From positions 2,112,001 to 2,176,000 of the forward strand of contig OZ253442.1 in the NCBI GenBank assembly GCA_965261085.1: a DNA stretch of 64,000 nucleotides. The letters are read 5' to 3'. Below the pieces are notes generated by a model that did not search any database, had not been told where the DNA came from, and worked only from the letters and a program-made list of their open reading frames with translations. This document shows positions 24,125-34,389 of the stretch, in pieces; position 1 is the stretch's first letter, and the number at the start of each line of letters is the position of its first letter. Origin of the DNA: a bacterium. Lineage in GTDB: Bacteria > UBA8248. The translations under genes and the position numbers were made by a program.

Positions 24125-24347
24125 GGGGGAGGGCGACAATCAAGCGTAATAATTGCAATATAATACATCCAATTTTTGGTATATAAACATCATTCAACTG
24201 TGATGATTAGCATTGTACGGGAATAGCAATTGATTTTGAGATATTATTAATGATAAATTCGCTTTAGGTACTGCCCGCGCTCAAAACCAACCTGAATAGC
24301 TTCATCAACAGTTAAGAAACAAGCCTACAATCGAGGTAAAGTATTAG

Positions 24348-25904
24348 ATGAGCGGGTCTGATAATCTTAAGTCATTACGCCTAGTAATAACTGAGAATTT
24401 AAGAGTACAGCGTGGTGGCTCAGAATCGATACCATATATTGATATCTCAAATGTTCTCAATGATATGACAGCGCGACAGAATCATGCGATTTTTGGGAGA
24501 CGTGGGTGCGGAAAAACTCTTCTGCTCCATTTTTCAGAAAAAAAGTTGGACGATTCGGTTAAATGTATTTACCTGAATTGTGAAGATTTCAAGAGACACT
24601 CGTTTCCTAACGTACTAATACAAATAATAGATGCCTTATTTGAGGAACTCCAGCGCAACTTAACTGGTTGGTTCGGTCGAAAGCTGAAATCGAAACAACT
24701 AATTGAAAAGATTCGATCAAGATTAAGTGAATTAAGCAAGTTAGCGGATCAACAAGAACAAAAAATGCGCGAACACACATCTAGGGAAAATTCGAGTTCT
24801 GGAGAAATAAATGGCGGGATATCGAATCCATATGTGACATTGAAAGCTGGCACTTCTGCTGCGACCTCATATAAATCAGAAATAGAAAGAAGTTATACAA
24901 AGCATGATGACAAACTCCATGAATTAAACATGTGGCTCCCAGATTTGAAACGTCAGGTACGTGAATTTTTTGATCTATCAAACAACGTTTCTGCAATATT
25001 TCTTCAGATCGACGATTTCTATCACCTAAATAGAATCGATCAACCCTTCATTATGGATTACATACATCGTCTCTGCAAAGATTTGCCGTTATTTTTCAAA
25101 ATTGCCACTCTTAGACATGCAAGTATTCTTTATGCAGATCGACATGGACAACCAATAGGGGCGCAGGAACGTCATGATTATCAACCGATAAACATCGACT
25201 TTACATTGGCGAATCTGAATAAAACACGGGATCAAAATAAAGCTATTCTTCACGCATTTGGTAAACTTGCTAGTATGACGAAGGTCAGGATAGACGGTTT
25301 GTTTAAGGGAGAAGGATTTGAGCGCCTAATCTTAGCAGGGGGTGGTGTGCCACGTGACTGCCTAAGTCTTTTCTTGGAAGTAATAGATACTGCCACATCA
25401 ACGGGAGGTGACGGCCGTATTGGAAAAGATGATGTTCGGATTTTGAGTCGCTCGAATTTCGAGCGGAGAATTGAGGAGTTAAAACAAGACTCAGAAGAGG
25501 GTCGAGAACAAGACGCACTAATACGTGGGATTTATGTGTTACGGAAATTCTGTATCGAAAAGAAAACTAATGTATTCATGGTTTCAGAACAAATGATGCA
25601 ACAAGAAGATCGTATTAGAGAACTTGTTCATAGATTACTGGATTATCGGATTATCCATAATTGTGGCGTAGCATTAACACATAAATCACAAGCAGGGACT
25701 TACCAAGCTTTTGCTATAGACATTGGGTGCTATGCACATATGCGGAAGCTAGATGGTCGATTAGTCGAACTGGATCTATCTAAATCGGATGCTAAGGAAA
25801 GAATGCGCTCAACACCAATTCTTTCAGAAAAAGAATTTGATTCTCTGTGGCATGATGCTCCGGAAGATATAGAGAGAGTGTTACTTGATGAAGACGATAC
25901 ATAA
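24348..25904 (+). CDS. AT-rich P-loop ATPase (AAA+/ORC-CDC6/STAND-like), function unknown
   Basis: Walker A AIFGRRGCGKTLL, Walker B FLQIDDF, AGGGVPRD. GAGG RBS. Much lower GC than the flanks. Confidence 0.8.
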   Translation: MSGSDNLKSLRLVITENLRVQRGGSESIPYIDISNVLNDMTARQNHAIFGRRGCGKTLLLHFSEKKLDDSVKCIYLNCEDFKRHSFPNVLIQIIDALFEELQRNLTGWFGRKLKSKQLIEKIRSRLSELSKLADQQEQKMREHTSRENSSSGEINGGISNPYVTLKAGTSAATSYKSEIERSYTKHDDKLHELNMWLPDLKRQVREFFDLSNNVSAIFLQIDDFYHLNRIDQPFIMDYIHRLCKDLPLFFKIATLRHASILYADRHGQPIGAQERHDYQPINIDFTLANLNKTRDQNKAILHAFGKLASMTKVRIDGLFKGEGFERLILAGGGVPRDCLSLFLEVIDTATSTGGDGRIGKDDVRILSRSNFERRIEELKQDSEEGREQDALIRGIYVLRKFCIEKKTNVFMVSEQMMQQEDRIRELVHRLLDYRIIHNCGVALTHKSQAGTYQAFAIDIGCYAHMRKLDGRLVELDLSKSDAKERMRSTPILSEKEFDSLWHDAPEDIERVLLDEDDT

Positions 25905-26110
25905 GAGTCGAACTATTCATTTCCTAGTTTACTACTTTGAAAGAATACCATTGAGATCTCTTCCGCACATAAATACCCCGAAACCAAAAGCATTCTAACA
26001 ACAGCCCACCTCTTACATAGAGTAACTGTCCGTTGTGTAGCTCGAGAACCGCCCGCCTGAAACATAGACAGAGCCGTTTCCCGATGGCGGGCGGACACTT
26101 TCGAACTCTC

Positions 26111-26301
26111 CTTCCTCGGGGAAGTTCGCCACCCCTACGCGATTCCTCTTCATCAGTCGGCAGCCCCTCCTTAATTAGTCACGTCGAACCCTCATTCATC
26201 AATCAGGTTCGACCCCCCACCGGCTCGACTTCGGGCTTGCGCCCTTACCTCGTCGACAATCCCTTATTCTTCAATCGGAACTGACCCTCAAGGGGGGAGT
26301 G
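26111..26301 (-). repeat. Degenerate inverted copy of the 59829-60057 palindromic element
   Basis: ACCCCCCACCGGCTCGACTTCGGGCTTGCGCCCTTACCTCGTCGAC ... CCCTCAAGGGGGGAGTG matches the reverse complement of 59829-59894. GATTCCTCTTCATCAGTCGG resembles its internal part. Confidence 0.75.
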
Positions 26302-26363
26302 GTTTAGAGCCTTCTTCTTCTTTTCGGGGAAGCCCGCTCCTCAAGTGGCGGAGTGATTCCGAA

Positions 26364-26510
26364 AGGCATTAACCCAAAGCCTTCGTACAGGCCGTCAGGA
26401 GGAACATAGATCGCTTCCCGGCAGATTTCATGCTTCAGCTCACGAAACAGGAATTCGACGACTTGAGGTCACAAATTGTGATCTCAAGTTGAGGCGGCGG
26501 GCTCTATCCG
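26364..26510 (+). pseudogene. ORF6N-domain (phage antirepressor-type DNA-binding) gene remnant
   Basis: PKAFVQAVRRNIDRFPADFMLQLTKQEFDDLRSQIVISS*GG resembles the ORF6N pattern NQAVKRN..RFP.DFMFQLT..E...LRSQ..TSSWGG. No start, frameshift at the 5' side, W replaced by a stop at 26490. Confidence 0.8.
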
Positions 26511-26750
26511 CTTCATCCGCTCTGGCCAACCTCTCGGTTGTCACCAGCATGCGCCGGAATGACGGCGTTGTAGCCGCAATGACGAGGGGCCATACATAAG
26601 CGGGCGGACACGTAGGTCCTCCCCTACGTCGTTCCCCCTCTTTTCTGTCGAGGGCATGATGTAGCCGCCGCGTCTGCGGGACGGGGCCGGATTCACCTGA
26701 GCGCAAGAACGCTCTTCGCCTCGATTCGCCGGTCGAGTCGGCTGGGGTTT

Positions 26751-27497
26751 TCAGCCGCCGAACGAGCGGGAGACGAGGTAGGCGCCCAGCGCAAGCAGGG
26801 AGAGGAAAAATATTTTCCGGAACAACTGCTCGGAGAGTTTTTTTCGAATTCGTTGCCCGATGATCATTCCCGCCATCGCCGGCAGCAGGGCCATGGTGGA
26901 AAGGGCGCCGTGCTCGAGCCGCAGCAGGCCGTTGGCCTGAAGAGCGAAGCCCAGCGCCAGCGTAGATACCATGAAAAGCATTCCCATCGCCTGAATCAGC
27001 GCGTCTCTCGATAGGCCGAGCGCCTGAAGGAACATCACCCCCGGCACGACGAAGGATCCCGTCATGCCGGTCAGCACTCCGTTCACGAGTCCGACCAACG
27101 GGCCCACCCACCTTTCATGGAGGGCTTGGACCTGGAATCGCAGTCCGAGCAGATTCGCGGCGGCGTACGCCACGAGCAGCAACCCGAGAAGCGCGGACAG
27201 CAGTGAGAGATCGACGCGCGTCAGCGCAGACGCTCCGAGCCGCACGGTGATCGCCGCCACCAGCAAAAACAGCCAGATCCGGCGCAGAAGGGCCCAGCCG
27301 TGGCCGCCGACCATCGCCTGCCAGACGTTGGTCACGAAGGATGGGACGAGAAGCAGGGCCATCGCATTCGGCAGATTGATCGCCACCGCCAGAAGGGCGA
27401 GGCTGACCGTCGGAAGGCCAAGACCGATGACCCCCTTGACCGCGCCCGCGAGCAGGAAAGTTCCGGCGATTGCGAGGATGGTGGCGGCGTCAAGAAT
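26751..27497 (-). CDS. TauE/SafE (TSUP) sulfite/organosulfur exporter family membrane protein
   Basis: FLLAGAVKGVIGLGLPTVSL, LLVPSFVTNVWQ, GVLTGMTG, multiple TM helices. Start uncertain: ATT at 27497 follows an AAGGA. Confidence 0.85.
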   Translation of the reverse strand: MLDAATILAIAGTFLLAGAVKGVIGLGLPTVSLALLAVAINLPNAMALLLVPSFVTNVWQAMVGGHGWALLRRIWLFLLVAAITVRLGASALTRVDLSLLSALLGLLLVAYAAANLLGLRFQVQALHERWVGPLVGLVNGVLTGMTGSFVVPGVMFLQALGLSRDALIQAMGMLFMVSTLALGFALQANGLLRLEHGALSTMALLPAMAGMIIGQRIRKKLSEQLFRKIFFLSLLALGAYLVSRSFGG

Positions 27498-27917
27498 ACC
27501 GTTGTTCCTTTGGCGGCGTTCGTCGATGCGCCCGCGGTGAGCCGCTCTCCCCGTCGGGTGATGGTTCCACCGCTTCAGTATCACACAGGCGACGCGTCGG
27601 CGCAGGGCGGGGAGGTGCGTCGTCGGCAGGCGGCCCCTGTTTCGCCGCCGCGCTCCACCATGCCAAGGAGGGTTTGCTGCTTGCCGGATGGCCCGCGCTT
27701 ATCGTCATCCCTTCACTTGGACTTGTGTTTGTTGCTCCTTGCCGCCGAGGCCTCATCCCATTCGACCTCGGAGCCGAGCAGTCCGCCCGCCACGGCGTAT
27801 GCTTCACGGATGCCCACCGTTTGCTCTTTTGCCTCAGTTGTCATCAAAAACCCCCTTGTGTAGTGTTGATCTAACGCAAAGATCGATTCTCTGAAATCCT
27901 GCGCGGGGGAGGATGCC

Positions 27918-29306
27918 ATGGCTGCAAAGCCCAAGGTGGATGTCCTGATTGAGAACGGAACCGTCGTCACCGTGGACCCGCAGCGGAGGGTCATCCGCAA
28001 CGGCGCCGTCGCCATTGCGAAGAACCGGATCAAGGACGTCGGGAAGGCTTCCGCCCTCAGGAGAAAATACGAGGCCAAACGGACCTACGACGCCACCATG
28101 AAGCTCGTCACCCCCGGCCTGATCAACGCGCACATCCACTTCTACCACCACATGCACCGGGGCCTCTCGCCCGAGACCCTGGCGGGGATGCCGTGGTCCG
28201 ACTTCGTCCACCGCCGGGTCGCCACCATCGTGAGTGCCGAGGACGAGATCTGGGGCGGTCTCGGGATTCTGGTCGAAACCCTCAAGACGGGGGTGACGAC
28301 CTTCCTCGAGGCGGGCTCCTACAACCCCGGCCCCGTCATCGAGGGCGTCTCCCGGATAGGAATGCGGGGCTTGATGGGCCGCAGGTCCTTCGACATGGTG
28401 AGCCAGGGCCACAACATGCTGGTCGAGAGCACCCGAAAGTGCCTGAGCGAGAACGAGAAGTTCATGAAGGACTACCGGGGCGGGGTGGGGCTCGTAAAGC
28501 CCTGCGTCGTCCTCGTCGGGATGGGGCGCTGCTCGGACCGGCTCTACCTCAAGTCCAAGGAGATGGCGGACAAGTACAGGACCATCCTCCACATGCATCA
28601 GGCCAACATGATCGAGAACGTCCAGGAGAGCCTGAACCTGAACGGCGCCCGCCCCATCGAGCATCTGTATAATATCGGCGCCCTCGGAAAGAACGTGGCC
28701 CTCACCCACATGATCCACGTGAGCAGCAAGGAGATCGGGCTTCTCGCCGAGACGGGGACGAACGTCCTGCATTGTCCGAGCACCGCCATGAAGATCAGCT
28801 ACGGCCTCTCCGCCTTCGGGAAGTTCCCGGAGATGATGGAGGCGGGCGTCAACGTCGCCATCGGAACCGACGCTTCGGACTGCTCCAACTTCAACGACAT
28901 GGTGCGCCTCATGTATCTGGCGGCGGCGACCCCGAAGGACTACCGCTACGACCCGGCCGCGGGAAGCGCCGAAAAGGCCATCGAGATGGCGACCATCAAC
29001 GGCGCCAGGGCGATGAACATGGAGAAGGAGATCGGTTCCATCGAGCCGGGCAAGAAGGCCGACATCGCCATCTTCGACATGAAGCGGCCGGACTGGGTCC
29101 CCCTCTACAACGAGCTCCAGAATTTCGTCTATTCGGCCCAAGGGAGCAGCTGCGAGAGCGTCATGGTCGACGGGAAGTTCGTGATGGAAAACCGCGAGGT
29201 CAAATCGATAGACGAGATGGAGATCGTGGAGCGGATCGGGCACCGGGCGAAAGAGGTCTTGAAGAGGAGCAAGGTGCCGCTCTACAGCCCGTGGAAGTTC
29301 ATCTAG
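27918..29306 (+). CDS. Amidohydrolase of the deaminase/chlorohydrolase (SsnA/MtaD/AtzA-like) group
   Basis: PGLINAHIH, GVTTFLE, LTHMIH, HCPST, IGTDAS, MATINGARA, GSIEPGKKADIA. Confidence 0.9.
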   Translation: MAAKPKVDVLIENGTVVTVDPQRRVIRNGAVAIAKNRIKDVGKASALRRKYEAKRTYDATMKLVTPGLINAHIHFYHHMHRGLSPETLAGMPWSDFVHRRVATIVSAEDEIWGGLGILVETLKTGVTTFLEAGSYNPGPVIEGVSRIGMRGLMGRRSFDMVSQGHNMLVESTRKCLSENEKFMKDYRGGVGLVKPCVVLVGMGRCSDRLYLKSKEMADKYRTILHMHQANMIENVQESLNLNGARPIEHLYNIGALGKNVALTHMIHVSSKEIGLLAETGTNVLHCPSTAMKISYGLSAFGKFPEMMEAGVNVAIGTDASDCSNFNDMVRLMYLAAATPKDYRYDPAAGSAEKAIEMATINGARAMNMEKEIGSIEPGKKADIAIFDMKRPDWVPLYNELQNFVYSAQGSSCESVMVDGKFVMENREVKSIDEMEIVERIGHRAKEVLKRSKVPLYSPWKFI

Positions 29307-29352
29307 CCGGGCGGCGGGCATTCCCGGCCGGTCGGACGAGGAGGAGGCCCTC

Positions 29353-30486
29353 ATGACTCGCATCGCCACCACCCACGTCGGGTCGCTTCCGCGAAGCCGG
29401 CGGGCGCTCGATTTTCTCTTCGCCCGCGACCGGGGCGAGCCCTACGACCCGGCCGACTTCGCCGCCTGCATGGCGGAGGAGTGCGCGGAGGCGGTTCGCC
29501 GGCAGGTCGAAGCCGGTATCGACATCGTCTCGGACGGCGAGACGTCCAAGATTTCCTACACCACCTACGTCAAGAACCGCTACACCGGCTTTTCCGGGAA
29601 CAGCGAGCGAAGCGTTCCGGGGGACCTGAAACTCTTTCCGCGCTATCTCGAACGCCTCGCGCGGGAAGGCGGCACCCCGAAGCTCGCCCGCCCGAGCTGC
29701 ACCGGGCCGGTAGCGCCGAAGGACGACGCCGACCTCCGGGCCGACATCGCCAATATGAAGAACGCAATGGCGGTGCACGGCGCGCAGCGCGGATTCTTGA
29801 ACGCGGCGTCGCCCGGCGTCATCGCGCAATTCCTTCCGAACGCCTACTACCCCTCTCGCGAGGCCTACCTCGAGGCCCTCGCCGACGCGATGAAGCCGGA
29901 GTACGACGCGATCCTCGCGGCGGGCTTCGACCTGCAGCTCGACTGCCCGGACCTCGGGCTCGCGCGCCACGTGCTGTACGAGGATCGTTCCGACGCCGAG
30001 TTCGGCGAGATCGCGGCGGCCAACGTCGAGATACTGAACCACGCGCTGCGCGACACCGACCCGGCGCGGGTGCGGGTCCACATCTGCTGGGGAAACTACG
30101 AGGGGCCTCACGTTTGCGACGTCGCGCTGAATCACGTGTTCTCCGCCTTGATGTCGGCCCGCGCCCGCTACGTCCTGTTCGAGAACGCCAACCCGCGGCA
30201 CGAGCACGAATGGACCGTATTTCGCGACCGGCGGGCCGATATCCCCGACGAGATGATCCTCGTGCCCGGAGTCATCGACTCGACGAGCAACTTCGTGGAG
30301 CATCCCGAACTTGTCGCGCAGCGGATCGGGCGCTTCGTGGAGCTCGTGGGTCCGGAGCGGGTCATCGCCGGAACCGACTGCGGGTTCGGGACGTTCGCCG
30401 GTTTCGGATCGGTCGATCCCGACATCGTCTACGTCAAGCTCGCGGCGTTGGCGGAGGGCGCCGCCATGGCGTCTGAGAGAATATAA
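29353..30486 (+). CDS. Cobalamin-independent methionine synthase II family single-domain protein (epoxyalkane:CoM-transferase-like)
   Basis: TTHVGSLPR, GIDIVSDGE, LQLDCPDL, HICWGNYEGPH, PGVIDS, AGTDCGF (Zn ligands H-x-C...C). Confidence 0.9.
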   Translation: MTRIATTHVGSLPRSRRALDFLFARDRGEPYDPADFAACMAEECAEAVRRQVEAGIDIVSDGETSKISYTTYVKNRYTGFSGNSERSVPGDLKLFPRYLERLAREGGTPKLARPSCTGPVAPKDDADLRADIANMKNAMAVHGAQRGFLNAASPGVIAQFLPNAYYPSREAYLEALADAMKPEYDAILAAGFDLQLDCPDLGLARHVLYEDRSDAEFGEIAAANVEILNHALRDTDPARVRVHICWGNYEGPHVCDVALNHVFSALMSARARYVLFENANPRHEHEWTVFRDRRADIPDEMILVPGVIDSTSNFVEHPELVAQRIGRFVELVGPERVIAGTDCGFGTFAGFGSVDPDIVYVKLAALAEGAAMASERI

Positions 30487-30749
30487 CGCGCGTCGGAACC
30501 GGCGGTCGCGAGCTTTGTTGTGACGTTTTGAATAGAGGAGACAGGTGGTTCTCACGGGCTCAATCCGCCCGCCCAGCGATTCGCCCCCGTTCAAACGATG
30601 GGTATTTTGACGCGGCTCTGTTTTCAAAAAGAGTGGGGCGGAAAAAGCAGCAGGTTCAGGACGCATGCAATATCGCCGGGATCGGCCGCTTTCCCGCCAG
30701 GTGATGCGAAGCCCGAGGGCGGCGATTTCCAAGGCGAACTTCACTCCGA

Positions 30750-30789
30750 GCCCCCGGCCCGCCCTCGATACCGGGGATGGGCCGGGGGC
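30750..30789. terminator. GC-rich hairpin between convergent genes
   Basis: GCCCCCGGCCC...GGGCCGGGGGC 11-bp stem with an imperfect inner extension. No clear U-tract. Confidence 0.45.
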
Positions 30790-30823
30790 CTTTGTTCGGC
30801 CTGGCGCAACTTCCGCCAAGCGG

Positions 30824-31786
30824 CTATTTCTTCTTCACAAGCTTGTCCACGAGCGCCTTCATATTGCCGTTTTCTTCCACCATGAAGGATTCGAAATCCT
30901 TTCCGCTCATGTAGATCACTCGCTCGCCCATGCGCTTCACCATGGATTGGAAGGATTTGTCCTTCACTCCCTTGTCGAAGGCCGCCCGGAGCTTCGCCAG
31001 GATGTCCGCGGGCGTCTTCTTCGAGGCGAAAATCGTCCGGAACATGGCGAATTGGACGTTGTAGCCCTGCTCCTTCATCGTGGGCAGGTTGGGAAGCTGG
31101 GGCAGCCGGTCGGGCGCGGTTATAGCGAGAACGCGGACCGTTCCCTTGGAAAGAGAGGGCATCACCGTGGAGGCGAAGGCGGGGACGATGTCGATGTGCC
31201 CGCCGAGGAAGGCCTGCCAGGTGGGGCCGCCGCCTTGGAACGGAACGAACTTCAACTTGATGCCTGCCTTCAGCGAGAGAAGCTCCATGGGAATCTGGTC
31301 CACCCCCAGGCCGGGGACGCCCCCGAAGGAGATCTTGCCCGGCCTGCGCTTGGCGTCCTCGATCAGATCGCGGAGGTTCTTCCAGGGGGCGTCTTTCTTC
31401 ACGGTAATGAGAAGGGGGCTGTAGTTGATTCGCCCCACCGGCACGAAGGACGCCGAGGAATAGGGAAGGCTCTCCAGGAGAGGCTTCACCAGGATGCTCT
31501 GCTGGTCGCCCAGGATCAGGGTGTGCCCGTCCGCCCGCGCGCGGGCCACGAAGCTCGCTCCGATGGAGCCTCCGCCGCCCGCCCGAATGACCGCGAGCAT
31601 GGGTTGGCCCAGATAGGGTTCCATGACGCTCGCGAAGGCGCGCGCGTGCGCGTCGTGCGAGCCGCCCGGCGAATAGGGGATGACCAGCCGGACGGGCTTG
31701 TTCGGGAACTTAGCGGCCCCCGCGTGGGTTGGCGCCAGCCAAAGAGCCATGGCCGCGATGAGTAATACTGCCGAGAGTCGTTTCAT
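30824..31786 (-). CDS. tctC: Tripartite tricarboxylate transporter substrate-binding protein (Bug/TctC)
   Basis: Signal peptide, FPNKPVRLVIPYSPGGSHD, GGGGSIG, ADGHTL, VPFQGGG, PTMKEQG. Confidence 0.92.
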   Translation of the reverse strand: MKRLSAVLLIAAMALWLAPTHAGAAKFPNKPVRLVIPYSPGGSHDAHARAFASVMEPYLGQPMLAVIRAGGGGSIGASFVARARADGHTLILGDQQSILVKPLLESLPYSSASFVPVGRINYSPLLITVKKDAPWKNLRDLIEDAKRRPGKISFGGVPGLGVDQIPMELLSLKAGIKLKFVPFQGGGPTWQAFLGGHIDIVPAFASTVMPSLSKGTVRVLAITAPDRLPQLPNLPTMKEQGYNVQFAMFRTIFASKKTPADILAKLRAAFDKGVKDKSFQSMVKRMGERVIYMSGKDFESFMVEENGNMKALVDKLVKKK

Positions 31787-31855
31787 GGGAAGTTCCTCCT
31801 GTGTGTTGTTCCTGCCTTCTCTGAAATCATGCGCCCCGATATGGTGAAACCCTCC

Positions 31856-33361
31856 TCATTCATCGCCGGCCAGCGGGGATCGGCGGCGGGCGCCCCAGAC
31901 GACGACACCTGCGGCCAGCAAAATGAAGACGAGCGAAATAGGCCTGCGGACGAACAGGGAGAGGTCACCGTCTCCCATAATGAGCGATTGTCCGAGGGAA
32001 GACTCGAACGCCCGCCCCAGAATGAAGGTGATGATGAGGGGGGCGACCGGGAAATCGAATTTTCGAAGAAAATAGCCCACCACCCCGAAAACCAGCATCA
32101 CCTTCACGTCGAAGAAGCTGTTGTTCAGGGCGTATGTCCCCACCACGCAGAACGCCGCCACCACGGGGAAGACCGCCTTCTTCGGAAACCGCGCGATCAG
32201 GGCCACGTAGCGCAGGCTGAAGAACCCGAGTACCAGCATGAGGACGTTGCAGAGCAGCATGGCGATCAGGATGCTGTACACGATCGCGCCGTGATCCTCG
32301 AAGAGGCGCGGCCCCGGCCGGAGCCCCTGCACCATGAAGGCGGCGAAGAGCACCGCGGTCACGACGTCGCCCGGGATGCCGAAGCTGAGCAGGGGGATGA
32401 GGCTCGAGCCGTTGACCGCGTTGTTTCCGGTCTCGGCGGCGGCCACCCCCTCCAGCGATCCTTTCCCGAACCGCTCGGGCTCCTTGGACCCACGGTACGC
32501 CAGGCCGTAGGAGACGAACGCGGATACCACCTGACCCAGGCCCGGTATCGCGCCGATGATTGTGCCGACCACCGCCGAGCGGGAGATCGTCCGGCCGCAG
32601 CTCTTGAACTCCTCCAGGGTCAGGGGTTCGTTGCCCTCGGCTTGCCACGCGGTCTTGTGCTTCTCGTCCTCGGTGTTTCGCTCCTCTCGGGACCTCTCTG
32701 CGTAGAGGAAGATCTCCGAGAGCGCGAAGATTCCGATAAGCATCGCGATGAACGAGATTCCCCCGGTCATGTCCACCGAACCGAAGGTGAAGCGCCGCAC
32801 CCCGATCAGGGGGTCGAGGCCGACCGAGCTCAGAAATAGCCCGAGGGCGGCGGACATCAGCCCCCGAATCACCGAGCGGCCCGTGACGCAGCTGATGATG
32901 GCGAAGCTGAATACGAAGATGGCGAAATATTCCGGGGGGCCCACCAGGATGGCGACCGCCGCGATGGCGCCCGCGATGAAGATGGTGACGAGATCGCTGA
33001 AAGTGTCCCCGATGACGGAGGAATAAAGAGCCATCTCGAGGGCCTTTCTCGCCTTTCCCTGCTGGGCGAGGGGGTAGCCGTCCAGGACGGTGGCCGCGGC
33101 CGCGCCCGTCCCCGGAGTGTTGATCAGGATCGCGGGTATCGAACCGCCGAATATCGCTCCCTTCGTGATGGCCAGGAGGAAGGGAATCCCCAGAACGGGT
33201 TCGACGAAGAAGGAGATCGGCAGCAGAACCGCCACCGCCATGGCGGCCGTGAGGCCGGGGAGGCCGCCCACCACGATCCCCAGCGACATTCCGAGCGCCA
33301 GGACCGCGAGCACGTCGAAGCGCAGGCACAGGAGCAGGCCTTGCGCCAGCTGGGCCCACAT
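31856..33361 (-). CDS. tctA: Tripartite tricarboxylate transporter large permease
   Basis: GGLPGL, GGSIPAILINTPGT, DGYPLAQQG, GAIPGLG, EGVAAAETGNNA, GIPGD. Confidence 0.95.
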   Translation of the reverse strand: MWAQLAQGLLLCLRFDVLAVLALGMSLGIVVGGLPGLTAAMAVAVLLPISFFVEPVLGIPFLLAITKGAIFGGSIPAILINTPGTGAAAATVLDGYPLAQQGKARKALEMALYSSVIGDTFSDLVTIFIAGAIAAVAILVGPPEYFAIFVFSFAIISCVTGRSVIRGLMSAALGLFLSSVGLDPLIGVRRFTFGSVDMTGGISFIAMLIGIFALSEIFLYAERSREERNTEDEKHKTAWQAEGNEPLTLEEFKSCGRTISRSAVVGTIIGAIPGLGQVVSAFVSYGLAYRGSKEPERFGKGSLEGVAAAETGNNAVNGSSLIPLLSFGIPGDVVTAVLFAAFMVQGLRPGPRLFEDHGAIVYSILIAMLLCNVLMLVLGFFSLRYVALIARFPKKAVFPVVAAFCVVGTYALNNSFFDVKVMLVFGVVGYFLRKFDFPVAPLIITFILGRAFESSLGQSLIMGDGDLSLFVRRPISLVFILLAAGVVVWGARRRSPLAGDE

Positions 33362-33362
33362 T

Positions 33363-33845
33363 TTAGAAGACCCCGCCCGAAAGTCTGCCCTCCGGCAGCA
33401 CGACGCCCAGGAAACGTTCGAAGAAGACCCAGATGAAGAGCGGGGTGAGCAAAGCGATTAACGCGAGGGTCCGCCATTCCCGCAGCCCGAGCTGAAAGGC
33501 GAACAGGGCGACCGCGACGAGGGTGGCGGGTAGCATCCCGAACCACTCGACGAGAAGGATGTAGAGGGCGAAGGTGGCGACCGGCACCAGGGCGCGGGTC
33601 CGAAGCGGCCCGCCGGGAGGGCCCTCACTCCCGGCGGAGGGGGAGAACCAGTTTCGCGCGGCCATCAGGGCGGCCATGAGCGCCAGAAAGGAGAGGGCGA
33701 GAAAGGGAAAGGCGCTGGGCGGGAACGGGATGGTCCGCTCCCCCACCTTGCGGGTCAGCACCTGGCTGGGTATCAGCGCCAGTCCGGCCAGGCTGATGAC
33801 GAGAACGGCAAGCCCGACCCACGTCTCCCATTGGAATCGCTTCAC
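33363..33845 (-). CDS. tctB: Tripartite tricarboxylate transporter small permease
   Basis: Four to five TM helices, P.AFP motif, C-terminal FERFLGVVLPEG, adjacent to tctA. Confidence 0.88.
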   Translation of the reverse strand: MKRFQWETWVGLAVLVISLAGLALIPSQVLTRKVGERTIPFPPSAFPFLALSFLALMAALMAARNWFSPSAGSEGPPGGPLRTRALVPVATFALYILLVEWFGMLPATLVAVALFAFQLGLREWRTLALIALLTPLFIWVFFERFLGVVLPEGRLSGGVF

Positions 33846-34389
33846 TGTGCTCGGCCTCCAGCTAAGCGCTCACGACCTCAAGGCCCGCTCTCAGAGCAAA
33901 GCGGCGCAACTATCAATGGAACGATCTCCCGCGGAAGGACGCCCGGCGAAGGGCCTCTCTTCCGTCGACCTCTTTGAGAGGCAAGGGAGCCGTCATTTCG
34001 ATTTATGCTATACCCGCAGAATACGGGACGGCGTCCTACGGGTCAAACGAGGGGTGCCATATACTTAGCTAGCCAACAATATCAATCCAGTCATTATGAT
34101 ATCCGGTAACGTCCCAGACGTGCTCCGGTTCAATCTCAATGACGACTCGGTTGATCGTGAATCGCCGGGATCGTCGCCCTCTCGGCTACCCTCCAGGGTT
34201 TTCTTGTGCGGCGGCTTAAAATCGGAGCGCGCGTGACTCTTGGGGTGGTGGCGCTGGCCCTCTCTTGGCCGGCGCCCTGGCTGAACGTTCTGGGCGCGGG
34301 GGTGCTGGCAGCGATGGCCTTTCAGCAGCGTCGCCAAACGCGCGCCAAAAGTTATTCTCTCTAATTCAAGCCGGTTCGGCCAGCCCGTC

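Noticed and set aside
26490-26492. In-frame TGA in the ORF6N fragment as Sec
   Set aside because: It aligns to a conserved Trp, and the gene lacks a start and is frameshifted, so it is a nonsense mutation.
34060-34260. Possible gene fragment on the minus strand (..FTINRVVIEIEPEHVWDVTGYHNDWIDIVG*)
   Set aside because: No start codon or recognisable family; too short to support.
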